This document shows positions 1 through 11,722 of a stretch of 64,000 bases of DNA, piece after piece. The stretch is from contig CAXXYE010000007.1 of NCBI GenBank assembly GCA_963674865.2, positions 256,001 to 320,000 on the forward strand. The letters run 5' to 3'. The translations under genes were made by a program, and so were the position numbers. The DNA is from Candidatus Hydrogenedentota bacterium (GTDB lineage Bacteria; Hydrogenedentota; Hydrogenedentia; Hydrogenedentales; SLHB01). Numbering within the stretch: the first letter of the stretch is position 1; each line of letters begins with the position of its first letter. Below the pieces are notes generated by a model that saw only the letters and a list, made by a program, of their open reading frames with translations, was not told the DNA's origin and searched no databases.

Positions 1-52
1 CAGGTCCTTCAGCGGCCTGCGTGCAGCAACTCCGGACTTTTTCAACGGCTCC

Positions 53-110
53 TCTGTCCCTGCTTTTCGCGGCAAGAATATGACGCCATCAGCGTGAGGC
101 ATACCTCTAG
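53..110 (+). repeat. dispersed repeat, copy of 18841-18898
   Basis: tctgtccctgcttttcgcggcaagaat...ctag; 53/58 identical by eye to 18841-18898. Confidence 0.85.
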
Positions 111-357
111 GCACAGCCGGTTTCCCTACCATCGCGGCGGCGAGAAGGGCACCTTCGTCAGGTCCTGGCCTTCCATCAACCTCGCGGGCTGCTGCGCCAC
201 CGGCGGCAAGTCCGATAACATTAGGTTCGTCATCGAGTTCAGCACCTCTATCGAGATCCATGCTCGCATCACTCCCGAAAGCGGCGATAGCACCGATCTC
301 AAATCCACCAGGACCGTCGTCTACTCCTTTGAAGACCGCCAATCCGATATGGCCTAA
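94..357 (+). pseudogene. possible C-terminal gene remnant next to a repeat element
   Basis: Coding-like C-ending codons from about 120 to a TAA stop at 357. The 5' end runs into the repeat at 53-110 and no credible start was seen. Confidence 0.3.
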
Positions 358-486
358 TGGTCTTGCAGCGGCTGCCGGGGACTGATGTTGTTACACAGGT
401 TCGGCGCGTGCCGTCAATGGGCCCAGAGGTTTGCGACGCAAGGCCGGTGCAGCGGCGGGGAGTGAGGACGCAACGAGGAGGGCGAA

Positions 487-2421
487 ATGCCGGATCGGGA
501 GAAGTCCCTCACAATCAAGCGCCGCGAGTTTCTTGCCGGGATGGTGTCGGCGGGAGTGGCTGCCGCGGTAGGGCATTCTCGCGGGGTGGACGCTTCGCTG
601 CGGCGTCCCAATGTTGTGATGTTTGTCGTCGACGACATGGGGTGGATGGACTCCACCGTATACGGCAGCCGCTACTACGAGACGCCCAATCTCGAGCGTC
701 TGGCCAAACGCGCCGTACGCTTCACGAACGCCTACTCGGCAGCCCCGCTGTGCTCGGCCACCCGTGCCAGCATTATGACGGGCAAGTATCCGGCCCGGCT
801 CCACATCACCAGCGCCGCCGGCCATCTGCCTTCTCCGAAGGGACCCCTTATGCCGGAGACCGGCCCGCCCCATCAGGAGGTCCTGTGTCCCCGATGCCAA
901 GGCTATCTCCCACTCGACGAGTACACCCTTGCCGAGGCGCTCAGGGACGCCGGCTATCGCACCGGCTTCGTCGGCAAGTGGCACCTGGGCCACGACGAGA
1001 AGCTTTGGCCCGAGTACCAAGGCTTCGACCTGAACGTCGGCGGCGGGCGATGGCCCGGGCCCCCAAGCTATTTCTCACCCTACCGCATAAGCAAGTTGCC
1101 GGACGGACCCGAGGGAGAATACATCGCCGACCGCTTGACGGATGAGGCGCTGAAGTTCGTCGAGGACGCCAAAGACGGCCCCTTCTACCTCAACTTCTGG
1201 CAATACGCCGTGCACGCCCCCTACCAGAGCAAGGAAGATTACCGGCGCTACTTCGAGGGGAAGCAAGATCCCCGCGGCGCGCAAGATAACGCCGTCATGG
1301 CCGCCATGATCAAGAGTATGGACGAAAGCCTCGGACGCCTCTTGGACAAGCTCGAAGAACTCGGCCTGATGGACCACACCATCATCCTCTTCTCTTCCGA
1401 CAACGGCGGCAACATGTATGACCGTACCCTTCGCGATGGTAAGCAACTGGGGCCCTGGGCGCCGGAAGGGCGTACCCCCACCAATAATGCGCCATTGCGC
1501 GGGGGAAAGGGCTCCGTTTACGAGGGCGGCGTGCGCGTGCCCACACTCATCTATTGGCCCAACGTCACTCGCGGCGACACGACCTCGGACGAGATCATAA
1601 GCACTATCGATTATTATCCAACCTTGCTCGATATGATCGGCGTCGCGCCCCGGCCGGGACAGGCCTTCGACGGGATATCTGTCGTCCCTGCACTCCTTGG
1701 CAGGAGGCTGCGGCGCGACGCGCTCTACGGCCATTTCCCGCACGTGGTCCCCGCCGTGCCGTGCCAGCCCGCGAGTTGGATCCGTAAAGGCGACTGGAAG
1801 CTCATCCGGTTTTACCAGCTCGATGAGAGCTTCCCAAACCGCCTTGAACTCTACGATCTCCGCCACGACATCGGCGAGGTGAAGAACCTGGTTGCCTCTC
1901 ATCCTCGCCGCGCGCGCGACCTCGAACGACTGCTGGACAAGCATCTTGAGGATACCCACGCGCTCGTGCCCAAACCCAACCCCAACTATGTGCCGGGGGC
2001 TGAGAGAGAGATCGAAGGCTGGCGCCCAAACGGCAATTGCTGGATAACGCGGCAAGACGGACTTCTTGCCCTCACGAGCATCGGGGACGACCCGTTCATC
2101 ATCAACCGCACCGTGCCCGAGGCTTCGGGAGAACTCACGATCCGCTTCCGGATGCGCTCGAAAGGCCCCGGCCCAGGCCAATTCTTCTGGACTACGCGTC
2201 GTGAACCACAGTTTGGGCCGGGCCGGCGCCTCGACTTCGAATACCGCCAGGACGGGAGTTGGCAAGAACACGCCCTCACCTTCGACGCGCCCGACCCGCT
2301 CCAGGCGATTCGGATCGACCCCATCGTCGGCTCAGGAAAGGTGGAGTTTGAATGGATTCGTGTGGAATCGGCGGAGGAAGGCGCGAAGCATCTCGCCGAG
2401 TGGCGCTTCTCGCAGCAGTGA
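487..2421 (+). CDS. Tat-exported Cys-type sulfatase (arylsulfatase A-like) with C-terminal beta-sandwich domain
   Basis: RREFL twin-Arg signal; PNVVMFVVDDMGW; CSATRASIMTG; GKWHLG; SSDNGG; GKGSVYEGGVRVP; ELYDL; RBS gaggag. Confidence 0.93.
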   Translation: MPDREKSLTIKRREFLAGMVSAGVAAAVGHSRGVDASLRRPNVVMFVVDDMGWMDSTVYGSRYYETPNLERLAKRAVRFTNAYSAAPLCSATRASIMTGKYPARLHITSAAGHLPSPKGPLMPETGPPHQEVLCPRCQGYLPLDEYTLAEALRDAGYRTGFVGKWHLGHDEKLWPEYQGFDLNVGGGRWPGPPSYFSPYRISKLPDGPEGEYIADRLTDEALKFVEDAKDGPFYLNFWQYAVHAPYQSKEDYRRYFEGKQDPRGAQDNAVMAAMIKSMDESLGRLLDKLEELGLMDHTIILFSSDNGGNMYDRTLRDGKQLGPWAPEGRTPTNNAPLRGGKGSVYEGGVRVPTLIYWPNVTRGDTTSDEIISTIDYYPTLLDMIGVAPRPGQAFDGISVVPALLGRRLRRDALYGHFPHVVPAVPCQPASWIRKGDWKLIRFYQLDESFPNRLELYDLRHDIGEVKNLVASHPRRARDLERLLDKHLEDTHALVPKPNPNYVPGAEREIEGWRPNGNCWITRQDGLLALTSIGDDPFIINRTVPEASGELTIRFRMRSKGPGPGQFFWTTRREPQFGPGRRLDFEYRQDGSWQEHALTFDAPDPLQAIRIDPIVGSGKVEFEWIRVESAEEGAKHLAEWRFSQQ

Positions 2422-2460
2422 CGATATCTGAGCGGTCCACCGCCCGCCGCCCACCGCGCC

Positions 2461-4273
2461 ATGCGTAAGGAAAAGGAGGACGCTTTGAAACGTGGAATGG
2501 TGATGCTGTCGTTGACGCTCTTTGCTTTCAATGCAAGCGCCGCCACATTGCGCGTGCCTGCCGGTTATTCCACCATCCAGGCTGCTGCCGCGGCCGCGCG
2601 CCCCGGTGACATCATTGCCCTTGCGCCGGGAACGTACCACGAATGCGTTGAACTTAATGGCGTGTCCCTGATGGGCGCGAACGCGCGGCGTTGTGCCATT
2701 GAAGGCAACCGAGAAGAAACGCTCCTGACGATATCCGGCAAGGCCAGGATCGCCAACCTGGCCATTCGCGATGGCGAGAATGGCATCCGTGTTGCCCCCG
2801 GGGCTTCCGTCGAAGTGGAGCACTGCCGGATCATCGGCAACAAATCCGACGGCATAGGCTTCGAAAACGCGTTCAATACCTTCATCGAAATCCATGATTG
2901 CCTCATCGCGGAAAACGGCGATGGCGTCGATCTCGAATCCACCCAGGCCGTGATCCGCGGCACACGGTTCAAGCGGAACCACGATGATGGCCTCGACTTG
3001 GACGGCGATGCGGGCGCGCTCGTGTACAACTGCGAGTTCATCGACAACGGAGATGACGGCATTGAAATCCGCTTGGCCACACGGACGCATGCCATCGTCC
3101 AAAGCTGCCGGTTCAGTGGCAACGGGGAAGACGGCCTCGAAATCATCGATTCGCCCCTCGAAGACGGGCTCTACAACATCCTTGGCGTGCAGAATTGCGC
3201 CTTCTCAAACAACAAACGATTCGGCGTCGGCTTTGTCGATCAAGAGACGGAGACGAACGGCAGCGCCATGTCAAAGACAGCGGTATACGCGACTCAGAAT
3301 GACTTTCGCGGCCCCGCCGTTAGCCCCAATTACACCTCCGTGTTTGAAGCAGGCCGCGCCTATTCAAAGCGAGCACGCGTGAACCTGACCCGGGGACAAA
3401 GGACAAACCGGCAGAACGTCAGAGTGCGCATCCCTGTCCTGCTCGCTGTATACGATCTTCGACCCACAACCGATGGCACGATGGCCTCCGACGCCGAGGG
3501 GTGTGGCCGTGAGCGCCGGGCGACTCTTTGTCGCCGACGACAATAACAGGTCGGTACATGTTCTCAGCCGCAAAACCGGCGAGGTCATCCGATCCATTCC
3601 TACTGCCCCCTTTCCGGATGGGGGAGAGGAAGCTCACGGCGCTGAAGGCCTCGCACTCACTTGCGACGACGCCCTTCTCCTTGCCGACGACTACGGAAGG
3701 GCCCTGTTTGAGTTGACGCTCGACGACACCGCCTTGGGGCGCGTGACCCGGCGCCGCTCTACCGAGGCAATCGGCCCCGTCGAGGGAATCGAGCAGCTCG
3801 GCGATCACTTAATTGCCGCGGTGAACCGCTCGAGGCTGTACACCTTGGACTCAAAGACGCTCGAACCTCTCGCGCCTCCCGTGGAACTCCGCGTAGAGGC
3901 ATTCGGCGAACACATTGCGGGAGTCGGCGGCGACGTAGCGAGTGAGCGTGTGTTCGTCACGCTCTCGGCCTACACAGGCTCCGATCAGAAATGGCGCAAC
4001 CAATCCAGCGCCTTCGCCGAGTTGAAACCGCGGTTGTCGCGGGTGAACTCGCTCTGGCATCTCGGACCCTTCTCGAACGATCCGCGCGGCATCGCCCTGG
4101 ACGACGGCCTTGTCTACGTAGCCGACGGCCGCGGTACGTTCACCGACGAACGGACGGGAGAGATCAACCGGGGCGGCATCAAAGTCCTTGTGTTCACGCT
4201 GGACTCCCGCCCGAAGAACCTGGCGCGAGTCCTCCCGCACCTGCCCATTCGACAGGATACCGGGACGCCCTAG
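2461..4273 (+). CDS. secreted right-handed beta-helix protein fused to a beta-propeller (one frameshift near 3500)
   Basis: VPAGYSTIQAA start and NxxDG repeats in ORF 2461-3546. The frame continues in ORF 3473-4273 (AEGL/DPRGIA propeller motifs) after an extra G in gaggggtgtg. Confidence 0.75.
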
Positions 4274-4308
4274 ATGAACGTACAATGCTTCTGGCCGGGA
4301 AGAATGAA

Positions 4309-7164
4309 ATGCGCTTAACCTTGTCTTTGACCTTGCTGACGTGCAGTTTGCTGACGAGTCTCTCTCTACAAATCGGAGCCCAGATACCCATGACCGACTC
4401 CTCAGGCGTCGTATCACTCTTCAATGGGAAAGACCTAGCCAGTTTCTACACCTTCCTCAAGGGCCGAGGACGCGATAACGACCCGGCGGGTGTGTTCTGC
4501 GTCAAGGACGGAATGATTCGCATCGCCGGGAGCGAGTGGGGGTGCCTGACGACCAACGAGGAATACCGGGACTACCATCTTATCGTCGAGTACCGCTGGG
4601 GCGATGACACCCACGCGCCTCGAGAAGGCAAGGCGCGCGACAGCGGCGTCCTGGTGCACTCCGTGGGCCCCGACGGCGCGTACAGCGGCACCTGGATGCA
4701 CGCGATTGAATGCCAGATGATTGAAGGCGGCACCGGCGATTTCATCGTCGTCGGCGACGGCAGCGACCGCTTCTCTATCACCTGTCCGCTGAAATGGACC
4801 GACGACGACAAGCCGGCCGTGTTCAAGAACGACGGCACGATGACCGCCAAGACCGGCGGCCGCGTGGACTGGTTCGCGCGGGATCCGGAGTGGGCCGATA
4901 AGCTTGGATTCCGCGGCGCACGCGACCTGGAGAAGCCGCCAGGCGAATGGAACTGCCTCGAGGTGATCTGCGATCAGGACCGCATCACGAACAAGCTCAA
5001 CGGCGTTATTGTCAATCAGGCCTTCCAGGTTCGCCCGAGTTCCGGCCGCATCCAGATTCAATCCGAAGGCGCCGAACTTTTCGTCCGGCGCGTGGAACTG
5101 CGGCCTGTCGAGCCCAAGCCTGGCCCCGGCGCCAACAAACGGCGATTCATCTACAACAGTGACGGCAATAATATGTACATCCACAAGGATTATCCGATGT
5201 CCGTGGAGGATGTATACACCTACGTGGATGAACTCGTCGGCACGCAGGTGACCACCCTCTTCCTCTCACCGAATTTCGGCATGCCCGTCACGTATCCCAC
5301 CGAGGTCGGCGATTTCATCGGCGAACACGCCGGCCCGGAATTCAAGGCGAAGATCGCCCCTGACGCGCCGCCCGGCTCCTCTGAGCGCGGCATCGTGAAC
5401 ATGCGCGCCATGCTGGATGCCGGCCACGATCCCTTCGGTGTTGTCTTAGACCGCGCCAGGGAACAAGGACTCGAAGTATTTGTCACGTGGCGGCTCAATG
5501 AAGTGCACAACGTGGAACAGTTAGACAGCCTCATCTTCTCCCGCTTCTGGAAGGAACACCCCGAGTGGCGCATAGGCAAGGCGGGCGATCCTTTGCCACC
5601 CATCTACCTCGATATTCTCGGCATCAACACACACCCTGTCGTCGCGAGTTGGCTGCCTGGCGGCCTCAACTTCGCCGTGCCGGAGGTGCGCGCCCATCGA
5701 CTGGCGCAATTGCGTGAATGTCTTGAGCGTTTCACCGTGGACGGCTTGGAACTCGATTTCCAGCGCTTCCCCATGTACTTCAAGCCCGGTGAGGAGGCGC
5801 GGCACATCGAGACGATGACGCAGTTTGTGCGCGATGTCCGCGCCTTGGCCGACGAAATCGGCGAGAAGCGGGGGTGTCCCCTCCGATTGTGCGCGCGTAT
5901 CATGGCCCGGCCTGAGCAGAATCGCGCGATAGGACTCGACCCGGTTGCCTGGGCCAACGAAGGCCTGCTCGATTTCGTCATCGTGTCGCATTACCTGCGC
6001 AATGATTATCCCCTTCCCATCCAAGAATACCGCGCGCTCTTGCCGGAAGGTATGCCCATCTACGGCTCCGTTGAATACGCCACTCGCATGGATGCCTACC
6101 GGCATGTGGCGCGGCAGCTATGGGATGACGGCGTCGACGGCGTCTACCTCTTCAATTTCTTCGCCGCCAGGGAAAGCCGCAAAGAGCCGCTGAACGCACT
6201 CCTCCATGAGCTGGGCGACCCGGCCACCATTGCCCCGCCCGTATTCGCCGAGAGAAAGCCCTTGCTCCTCGTGGCCAACAAACACAGCGACACGTTGAGT
6301 TACGTCGATCCCGAGACGCTGCAAGTCCTGGATACGATCGCGACCGGCCCCAACCCCCACGAGATGGCCGTCACGCCGGATCGGCGATATCTTTATCTTT
6401 CCAACTATGCCCCTCCCGGAAACACGATCTCCGTGATCGATCTTCTGGCGCACAAGCACATCAAACAAATCCCTAGCGGGGAGTACACGCGCATCCACGG
6501 CGCGGCCATGGCCCCCGACGGGCGTCATGCCTATTTCACGGCAGGCCAAACAGGCTTTGTCGTGGAGGTGGACACCGAGACGAATGAGGTGACCCGCGAC
6601 ATTACGACGCACGGCCTGATCTCGCACATGGTGTTGGTGTCCCCCGATGGCCGGCGGCTCTACACCGCGAACATCACCTCGGAGAACGTGTCCGTCATCG
6701 ATCGCGAGTCAGGCGAGTTAATCACCCAGATTCCTTGCGGCGAGGGCTGCGAAGGGATGGCCTTCACGCCGGACGGCAAACAGCTATGGGTGGGAAATCA
6801 AACGGGGGCAAGCATCACCATCATCGACCTGGCGACGCACGAGCCGATCAAGACTTTCCCATGCGCCGGTATGCCCGTTCGCATCCGGTTCACGCCCGAC
6901 GGCGCCCTGGCCCTCGTGTCGAGTTGGGCCGAGGAGGGTGAACTGATAGTCATCGAAGCCGCCACCCAGCGCGAACTCAAGCGCCTACCCGTGGGACGAC
7001 GCGCCATCGGGCTCGAACTCTCGCCCGACGGCAAGCGCGTGTTCGTCGGCTGCGAATATGACGACGGCGTGCACGTTATCGACCTCGATACGCTATCCGT
7101 GATGGGCAAATTCCAGACGGGCAACGGCTCCGACTCGATAGCCTGGTGGGTGCCGCCGGTGTGA
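4309..7164 (+). CDS. secreted fusion: DUF1080 (3-keto-disaccharide hydrolase family) + glycoside-hydrolase-like TIM barrel + YVTN/YncE beta-propeller
   Basis: Signal peptide MRLTLSL; SLFNGKDL...GRIQIQSEGAE; RFIYNSDG...DGLELDFQR...DGVYLFNFF; repeated SPDG/TPDG...VSVID blades. Confidence 0.8.
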   Translation: MRLTLSLTLLTCSLLTSLSLQIGAQIPMTDSSGVVSLFNGKDLASFYTFLKGRGRDNDPAGVFCVKDGMIRIAGSEWGCLTTNEEYRDYHLIVEYRWGDDTHAPREGKARDSGVLVHSVGPDGAYSGTWMHAIECQMIEGGTGDFIVVGDGSDRFSITCPLKWTDDDKPAVFKNDGTMTAKTGGRVDWFARDPEWADKLGFRGARDLEKPPGEWNCLEVICDQDRITNKLNGVIVNQAFQVRPSSGRIQIQSEGAELFVRRVELRPVEPKPGPGANKRRFIYNSDGNNMYIHKDYPMSVEDVYTYVDELVGTQVTTLFLSPNFGMPVTYPTEVGDFIGEHAGPEFKAKIAPDAPPGSSERGIVNMRAMLDAGHDPFGVVLDRAREQGLEVFVTWRLNEVHNVEQLDSLIFSRFWKEHPEWRIGKAGDPLPPIYLDILGINTHPVVASWLPGGLNFAVPEVRAHRLAQLRECLERFTVDGLELDFQRFPMYFKPGEEARHIETMTQFVRDVRALADEIGEKRGCPLRLCARIMARPEQNRAIGLDPVAWANEGLLDFVIVSHYLRNDYPLPIQEYRALLPEGMPIYGSVEYATRMDAYRHVARQLWDDGVDGVYLFNFFAARESRKEPLNALLHELGDPATIAPPVFAERKPLLLVANKHSDTLSYVDPETLQVLDTIATGPNPHEMAVTPDRRYLYLSNYAPPGNTISVIDLLAHKHIKQIPSGEYTRIHGAAMAPDGRHAYFTAGQTGFVVEVDTETNEVTRDITTHGLISHMVLVSPDGRRLYTANITSENVSVIDRESGELITQIPCGEGCEGMAFTPDGKQLWVGNQTGASITIIDLATHEPIKTFPCAGMPVRIRFTPDGALALVSSWAEEGELIVIEAATQRELKRLPVGRRAIGLELSPDGKRVFVGCEYDDGVHVIDLDTLSVMGKFQTGNGSDSIAWWVPPV

Positions 7165-7165
7165 A

Positions 7166-8174
7166 TCAGCCCTGCCGCTTGGCGATGGCCTCTTCAGTGG
7201 CCCGGCGCGCTATCCGCGTGGCGATGAGGCCGTCCTCGCCCGTAGGCATATCTCCCGGAACGCCTGTTGCCAATGCCTTGGCGAAGGCCGCGTACATGCG
7301 CGCGTAGCCCTTCTCCGGCGCCCAGGACAAGGCCTGCGTGCCTTTCGCCGAGCGCACCTCGAACACGCGCGCACTGCGATCGTATCGAATCACGCCCTCC
7401 GTGCCGATCAACTCATAGACGAATTCGCTCCGCGGCTCCTTCGCCGTGAAACAGTAGGAATAGCTGATTTCGACCGTCGTGTGCGCCCCGTTGGCGTGGT
7501 CCATGTGCAGGTACATGTGATCCGGCGCTTCGTATTCGTCCACCCACGCCCCGTGCGATTCCCATCCCACCGCTTCCGAACCGAGCCACCAACGCGCCAG
7601 GTCGATCTGGTGCACCCCGCAGTCCACCATCGGCCCGCCTTCTTCCATGCGCCCTCCCCTGCGCGGATTCAACCGGGGGGGAGTCGCCCGAGCCCGCTTC
7701 ATAGCGCCCGTGCATATTCCAGTTGTAGATCAACCGCAGTGAACGGACGTCGCCGATGGCGCCCTCATTGACGAGCGAGCGGATCTCCTGCGCGGCGGAG
7801 CTGAAGCGATAGCAGTAGGCGGTGCAAAGCATCAGACCGGCGCGCTGCATGACGCCGATCATCTCCCGTGATTCCCCCTCGTCCATGGCCAACGGCTTCT
7901 CGCACAAGACATGTACCCCATGCGCCGCCGCGTCGAGCACATTCTCCCGATGACAAGGCGCCGGCGAACAGATGACAACGGCGTCGAGGTCCGAGGCCCA
8001 GAAGGTATCGAGGTCGGTGCAGCGCCCCACCCCTTCAGGCGCCGGGCGTGCCGCGTTGACCCGATCCGGATTCGGATCGTACAACGCCACCAGCTCCAAG
8101 TCCGCCGTCTCCGCCAATGCGCGCAGGTGCGCACTCGATACAAACCCGCATCCCATCAGTCCAAGCCGTTTCAC
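7166..8174 (-). CDS. Gfo/Idh/MocA family oxidoreductase (frameshift near 7680)
   Basis: GLMGCG Rossmann motif and CEKPLA in ORF 7413-8312. GGPMVDCGVHQID lies in ORF 7166-7702, with the shift in a G run at 7675-7681. Confidence 0.85.
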
Positions 8175-8328
8175 AAGGCAACTCCTTCCTTCTGCGGCGC
8201 GATGATATCGCCCTCTGGCCCCGCGCGCAAACCGTGCGGAAACTGGCCGCATGAATCTGCTATCATACATGGCCTGCGGCGTCCCAACGGGCCCGCTTGG
8301 GACCTTCCTCAATGAAAGGAGTCGGACG

Positions 8329-9452
8329 ATGATCGCGCCTCAGAGAGTTCTTGCCGGTTTACTCATGGGTTTCTTGGCCGTAGCTGCGCTTGCCCCCGCG
8401 CTGAGTGCCCAGGAGGCCGGGATTCCCGAAGGGAATTGGATCGGCCTTTTCGACGGTCAAACCACTTTCGGCTGGAATCAGTTGGGCGACGCCGCCTGGC
8501 GCGTTGCCGACGGCCGCCTGATCTGCGATAGCGGCTCCGGCGGGTGGCTTGCCACGACGAGCCAGTTTGCGAACTTCGAGCTCGAGGCCAAGATCCGGAT
8601 CAAGCCCGGCACGTCGGCGGGCATCGCCGTCCGCGCTGGGCTCGAGGGTTCCCCCACCCAGAACGGGACCACCACGCTCGTCCTGAGCGAACCCGAGGGC
8701 GCCGAAGCGTTGTGGCATGAAGTCCGTATCATTGCCAACGGCCCCGAGATCAAAGCAACGGTGGACAACGCCGACGCCGAACTCCTGCGCGGCGCTCGCT
8801 CGCGCGGATACATTGGTGTGCAGTACTACCACCGCGGAGATCAGGTGGAGGTGAGCCAGATCAGGCTCAGGCCCCTGGGATTGACGCCTATTTTCAACCA
8901 CAAGGACCTCACTGGCTGGAACATTATCCCTGAGCGCAAGTCGGTTTTCTCGGTGATCGACGGCGCCCTCAATATCAAGGATGGCAACGGCCAGATCGAG
9001 ACGGCCGATGTCTATAAAGATTTCCTCCTGCAGCTCGACATCTGCTCCAACGGCGACCACCTCAACAGCGGCGTCTTCTTCCGAGGCCCCGTGGGCGTGT
9101 TCTGGCGCGGCTATGAGTCCCAGGTAAGCAACAAATGGGAAGGCGACGACCGCAACAACCCCTCCGATTACGGCACCGGCGGCATCTACGGCGATCAGCC
9201 GGCCCGGACGGTGGTTCCCAACGACCGCGAGTGGTTTCACAAGACCATCATCTGCGAAGGCAACCACATGGCCGTCTGGATCAACGGCTACCAGGTGAGC
9301 GATTTCACCGACACCCGCCCCATCGACCCCGAGTCGAACGGGAAAGCGCGGATTTGTCCCCGGCCCCGGCACCATTCACCTCCAAGGACACGACCCGACC
9401 ACGGACCCTGTCCTTCAACAACATCAATATCCAGACTTATCCGGAGAAATAG
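8329..9452 (+). CDS. secreted tandem DUF1080 protein (frameshifts near 9345 and 9405)
   Basis: Signal peptide; LFDGQTTFGW and IFNHKDLTGW; NSGVFFRG; the expected IHLQGHDP...SFNNINI end is present in shifted frames. Confidence 0.8.
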
Positions 9453-9489
9453 GGGCGTCTTGGGCAAAACCGCGATGCGCGATTGCGCC

Positions 9490-10253
9490 ATGAGCCTTAC
9501 CATTGTTTCGCACAACGCGTACTGGTTCCAAGGCTCGCCCAGCCTGTGGGGCGAGGAACGCCAGGAGCCGCACCCTGGACGCCTGGCGCGCCCTGATCCG
9601 CCTCTACACGCGGCTGAGGCCCGACGTGCTTTGCCTCCAGGAAGTGCCCTCGCTAGAGGCGTTCGAGAGGCTCCAATCCGAGCTTGGCATGGAAAGGGTT
9701 CTACGCACAAGGCGGCATCCGCCACGCTTACGGCGGGGGCTGTCCTTGTGCGCGGCCCTCGATGCCCATTTCACCGACCTCACCGCGACAAAGGTGAACG
9801 ACGGCCGCGTCTTCGAGCGCGCCTGCATCCAAGCAAGCATCCGCCTCGGCGAGGGCGTCTCTCGATATCGTCGGTATCCACTTGGCCTCCAACCGCTTCG
9901 CGCCCCGAGCGTCGCGGCGAGCCGGTGCGCCTCGCCGAAATCAACGCGCTCTTCAGATCCGCGCCGGAACCCGCTGTCGTCGCGGGCGATTTCAACGCCA
10001 AACCGGACTCCGCCATCTATGCCTTCATGCGGGACAGGGCCTTCGTGGATGCCGCGATGTGCGACGGGACGCCGCCTCCCATACCCAAAGCCAAACGCGT
10101 TGACTACGCCTGGGTGGCCGGCCGCTGCGGCCCGGAGTCCATTGAGCACCTGGGCCTGCCGCCTGACGACTTGCTTATAGAGGGGGGCCGAACCGCCCAC
10201 CCGTGTCAGCGATCACCCCTCCCGTGGTCATCCGGCTGAGGGTCAATTCGTGA
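9490..10253 (+). CDS. endonuclease/exonuclease/phosphatase family protein (several frameshifts)
   Basis: IVSHN, PDVLCLQE, VVAGDFN, RVDY and SDH motifs are spread across frames. Confidence 0.7.
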
Positions 10254-10307
10254 CCACGTGCAGGTTCTGGCAACTGAGGCGACGTGCTATTTCCAAGGTA
10301 TTCGCCC

Positions 10308-10357
10308 GGGAGGGACGCGCTCCCGCGCGTCCGCGGCCGAGCGCGAGTTCGACCCTC
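10308..10357. repeat. REP-like palindromic element (copy 1)
   Basis: gggagggacgcgctcccgcgcgtccgcggccgagcgcgagttcgaccctc; near-identical copy at 51249-51300. Confidence 0.75.
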
Positions 10358-10606
10358 ACAGAACGTCGAACATGTCACCGGACATGTGAAGTGAGCCACT
10401 GGGCCGCCCGCTGCGCCCGTGAGAATTCATTAAGTGCTGTCATTTCAGCGTTTCCGAGTGCTAAAACAAATGGAAAACACGGATACGATTCCTGAAATCA
10501 ATCCTGTAAAGCATGTCCGAAATAGCCGTTGGCCGGCTGTTCTTGGAGATGTCCTTCGACCCACCGAATGAATGGCTGGCGATTACTGCCAAGGAGCAGG
10601 TTGCAA

Positions 10607-11332
10607 ATGAACTTCGACGCCGTCTTCTTCGACTCGGGAGGCACCATCTTCAACACGCGCGCTCCCGCCGTTGCCGGTTGCCCTGCGCCGCAAAAGATGC
10701 GCGACGCACGCGGCGCACGTACCACGGCCATGGTCAAAGCCTTGGGCCACAATGCCCCCGAATCCAGCGTGCTCGACATCCTGACTCGCCTTGAGGCCTA
10801 TCACGCCCAACAACACAACCCCGCCTACACTTTTGTGCGCCTCATCGAAGATCTGTATGCGGAATTGCACCTGCCCGCCCTGCCGGAAGAAGTCCTCTGC
10901 GTCACGGAAGCCTACTGCGGGCCCCGATACCGCTCCTGGCTTTTCCCTGGTATACACGCCGCGCTCACGCAACTCCGCGATGCAGGCCTCTTTCTCGGCC
11001 TCATTGCCAACACGACATGGCCCGGCTGGGTGATGGACCGCGTCTTCCGCGGCGTGGGGCTCGGCGATTTCTTCCAGGTTGGACTCTACTCCGGCGACGA
11101 AGGCGTCGCCAAACCCGACGCGAGTATCTTCAAACGCGCCGAGGAGCGGGCCGGAATGGCCGGAAAACGCCTCCTGTACATCGGCGATTCCGTCGAGTAC
11201 GACGTGAAAGGAGCGCGGAACGCCGGCTGGGCATCCGTGCTCTTCCGCTCGAGCGCCGCTTCCAGCGAGGGCCTCGCAGACTTCGAGATCGACGCCTGGG
11301 ATAGCCTGCCCGCCATTATCTTGGGTGATTAG
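10607..11332 (+). CDS. HAD superfamily hydrolase
   Basis: AVFFDSGGT motif I, KPD motif III, YIGDSVEYDVKGA motif IV; RBS aaggag. Confidence 0.9.
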   Translation: MNFDAVFFDSGGTIFNTRAPAVAGCPAPQKMRDARGARTTAMVKALGHNAPESSVLDILTRLEAYHAQQHNPAYTFVRLIEDLYAELHLPALPEEVLCVTEAYCGPRYRSWLFPGIHAALTQLRDAGLFLGLIANTTWPGWVMDRVFRGVGLGDFFQVGLYSGDEGVAKPDASIFKRAEERAGMAGKRLLYIGDSVEYDVKGARNAGWASVLFRSSAASSEGLADFEIDAWDSLPAIILGD

Positions 11333-11722
11333 TCCAGCCCCGTAGAAGCCTCCGGGCGCTTGCCCCGCACGTGCCGTTCCACATTGTGTTCCCCGCCGCG
11401 CTTTGTCGTAAACCATTCGTGGGAGACTGGTTCCGAGTTCTTGAGTCACGTTCGCAGGGCGTGGGCTGCCTGCAGGATTCCCGTGTTCAATCTTGTGGAT
11501 CTTGTTAATCCTGTTCAAATAAGCCGGCTGTCCTGCTGAAATCGCATTACTCAGCCCGCTGCAAGTAATCCCCTCGGCAGCCCCGGCTCTTGTGGCCCCA
11601 GATGTTTGGCTTGACGAAATTTGTTCGTATTTACAAATGTTCCTCCGTGCAAAGGCTTATAGCGACCCCCAAAGGCATGAGGTCTAAATGGCCCTTTTCG
11701 CAAGACCGATTCACGCCGCCCG

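Noticed and set aside
8251..10239. Single 662-aa DUF1080-EEP fusion
   Set aside because: It is produced by frameshifts; the DUF1080 gene has its own end at 9452 and the EEP gene its own ATG at 9490.
10437..10464. CIRCE element
   Set aside because: Only the right half (GAGTGCTAA) is present; there is no TTAGCACTC at the 9-nt spacing.
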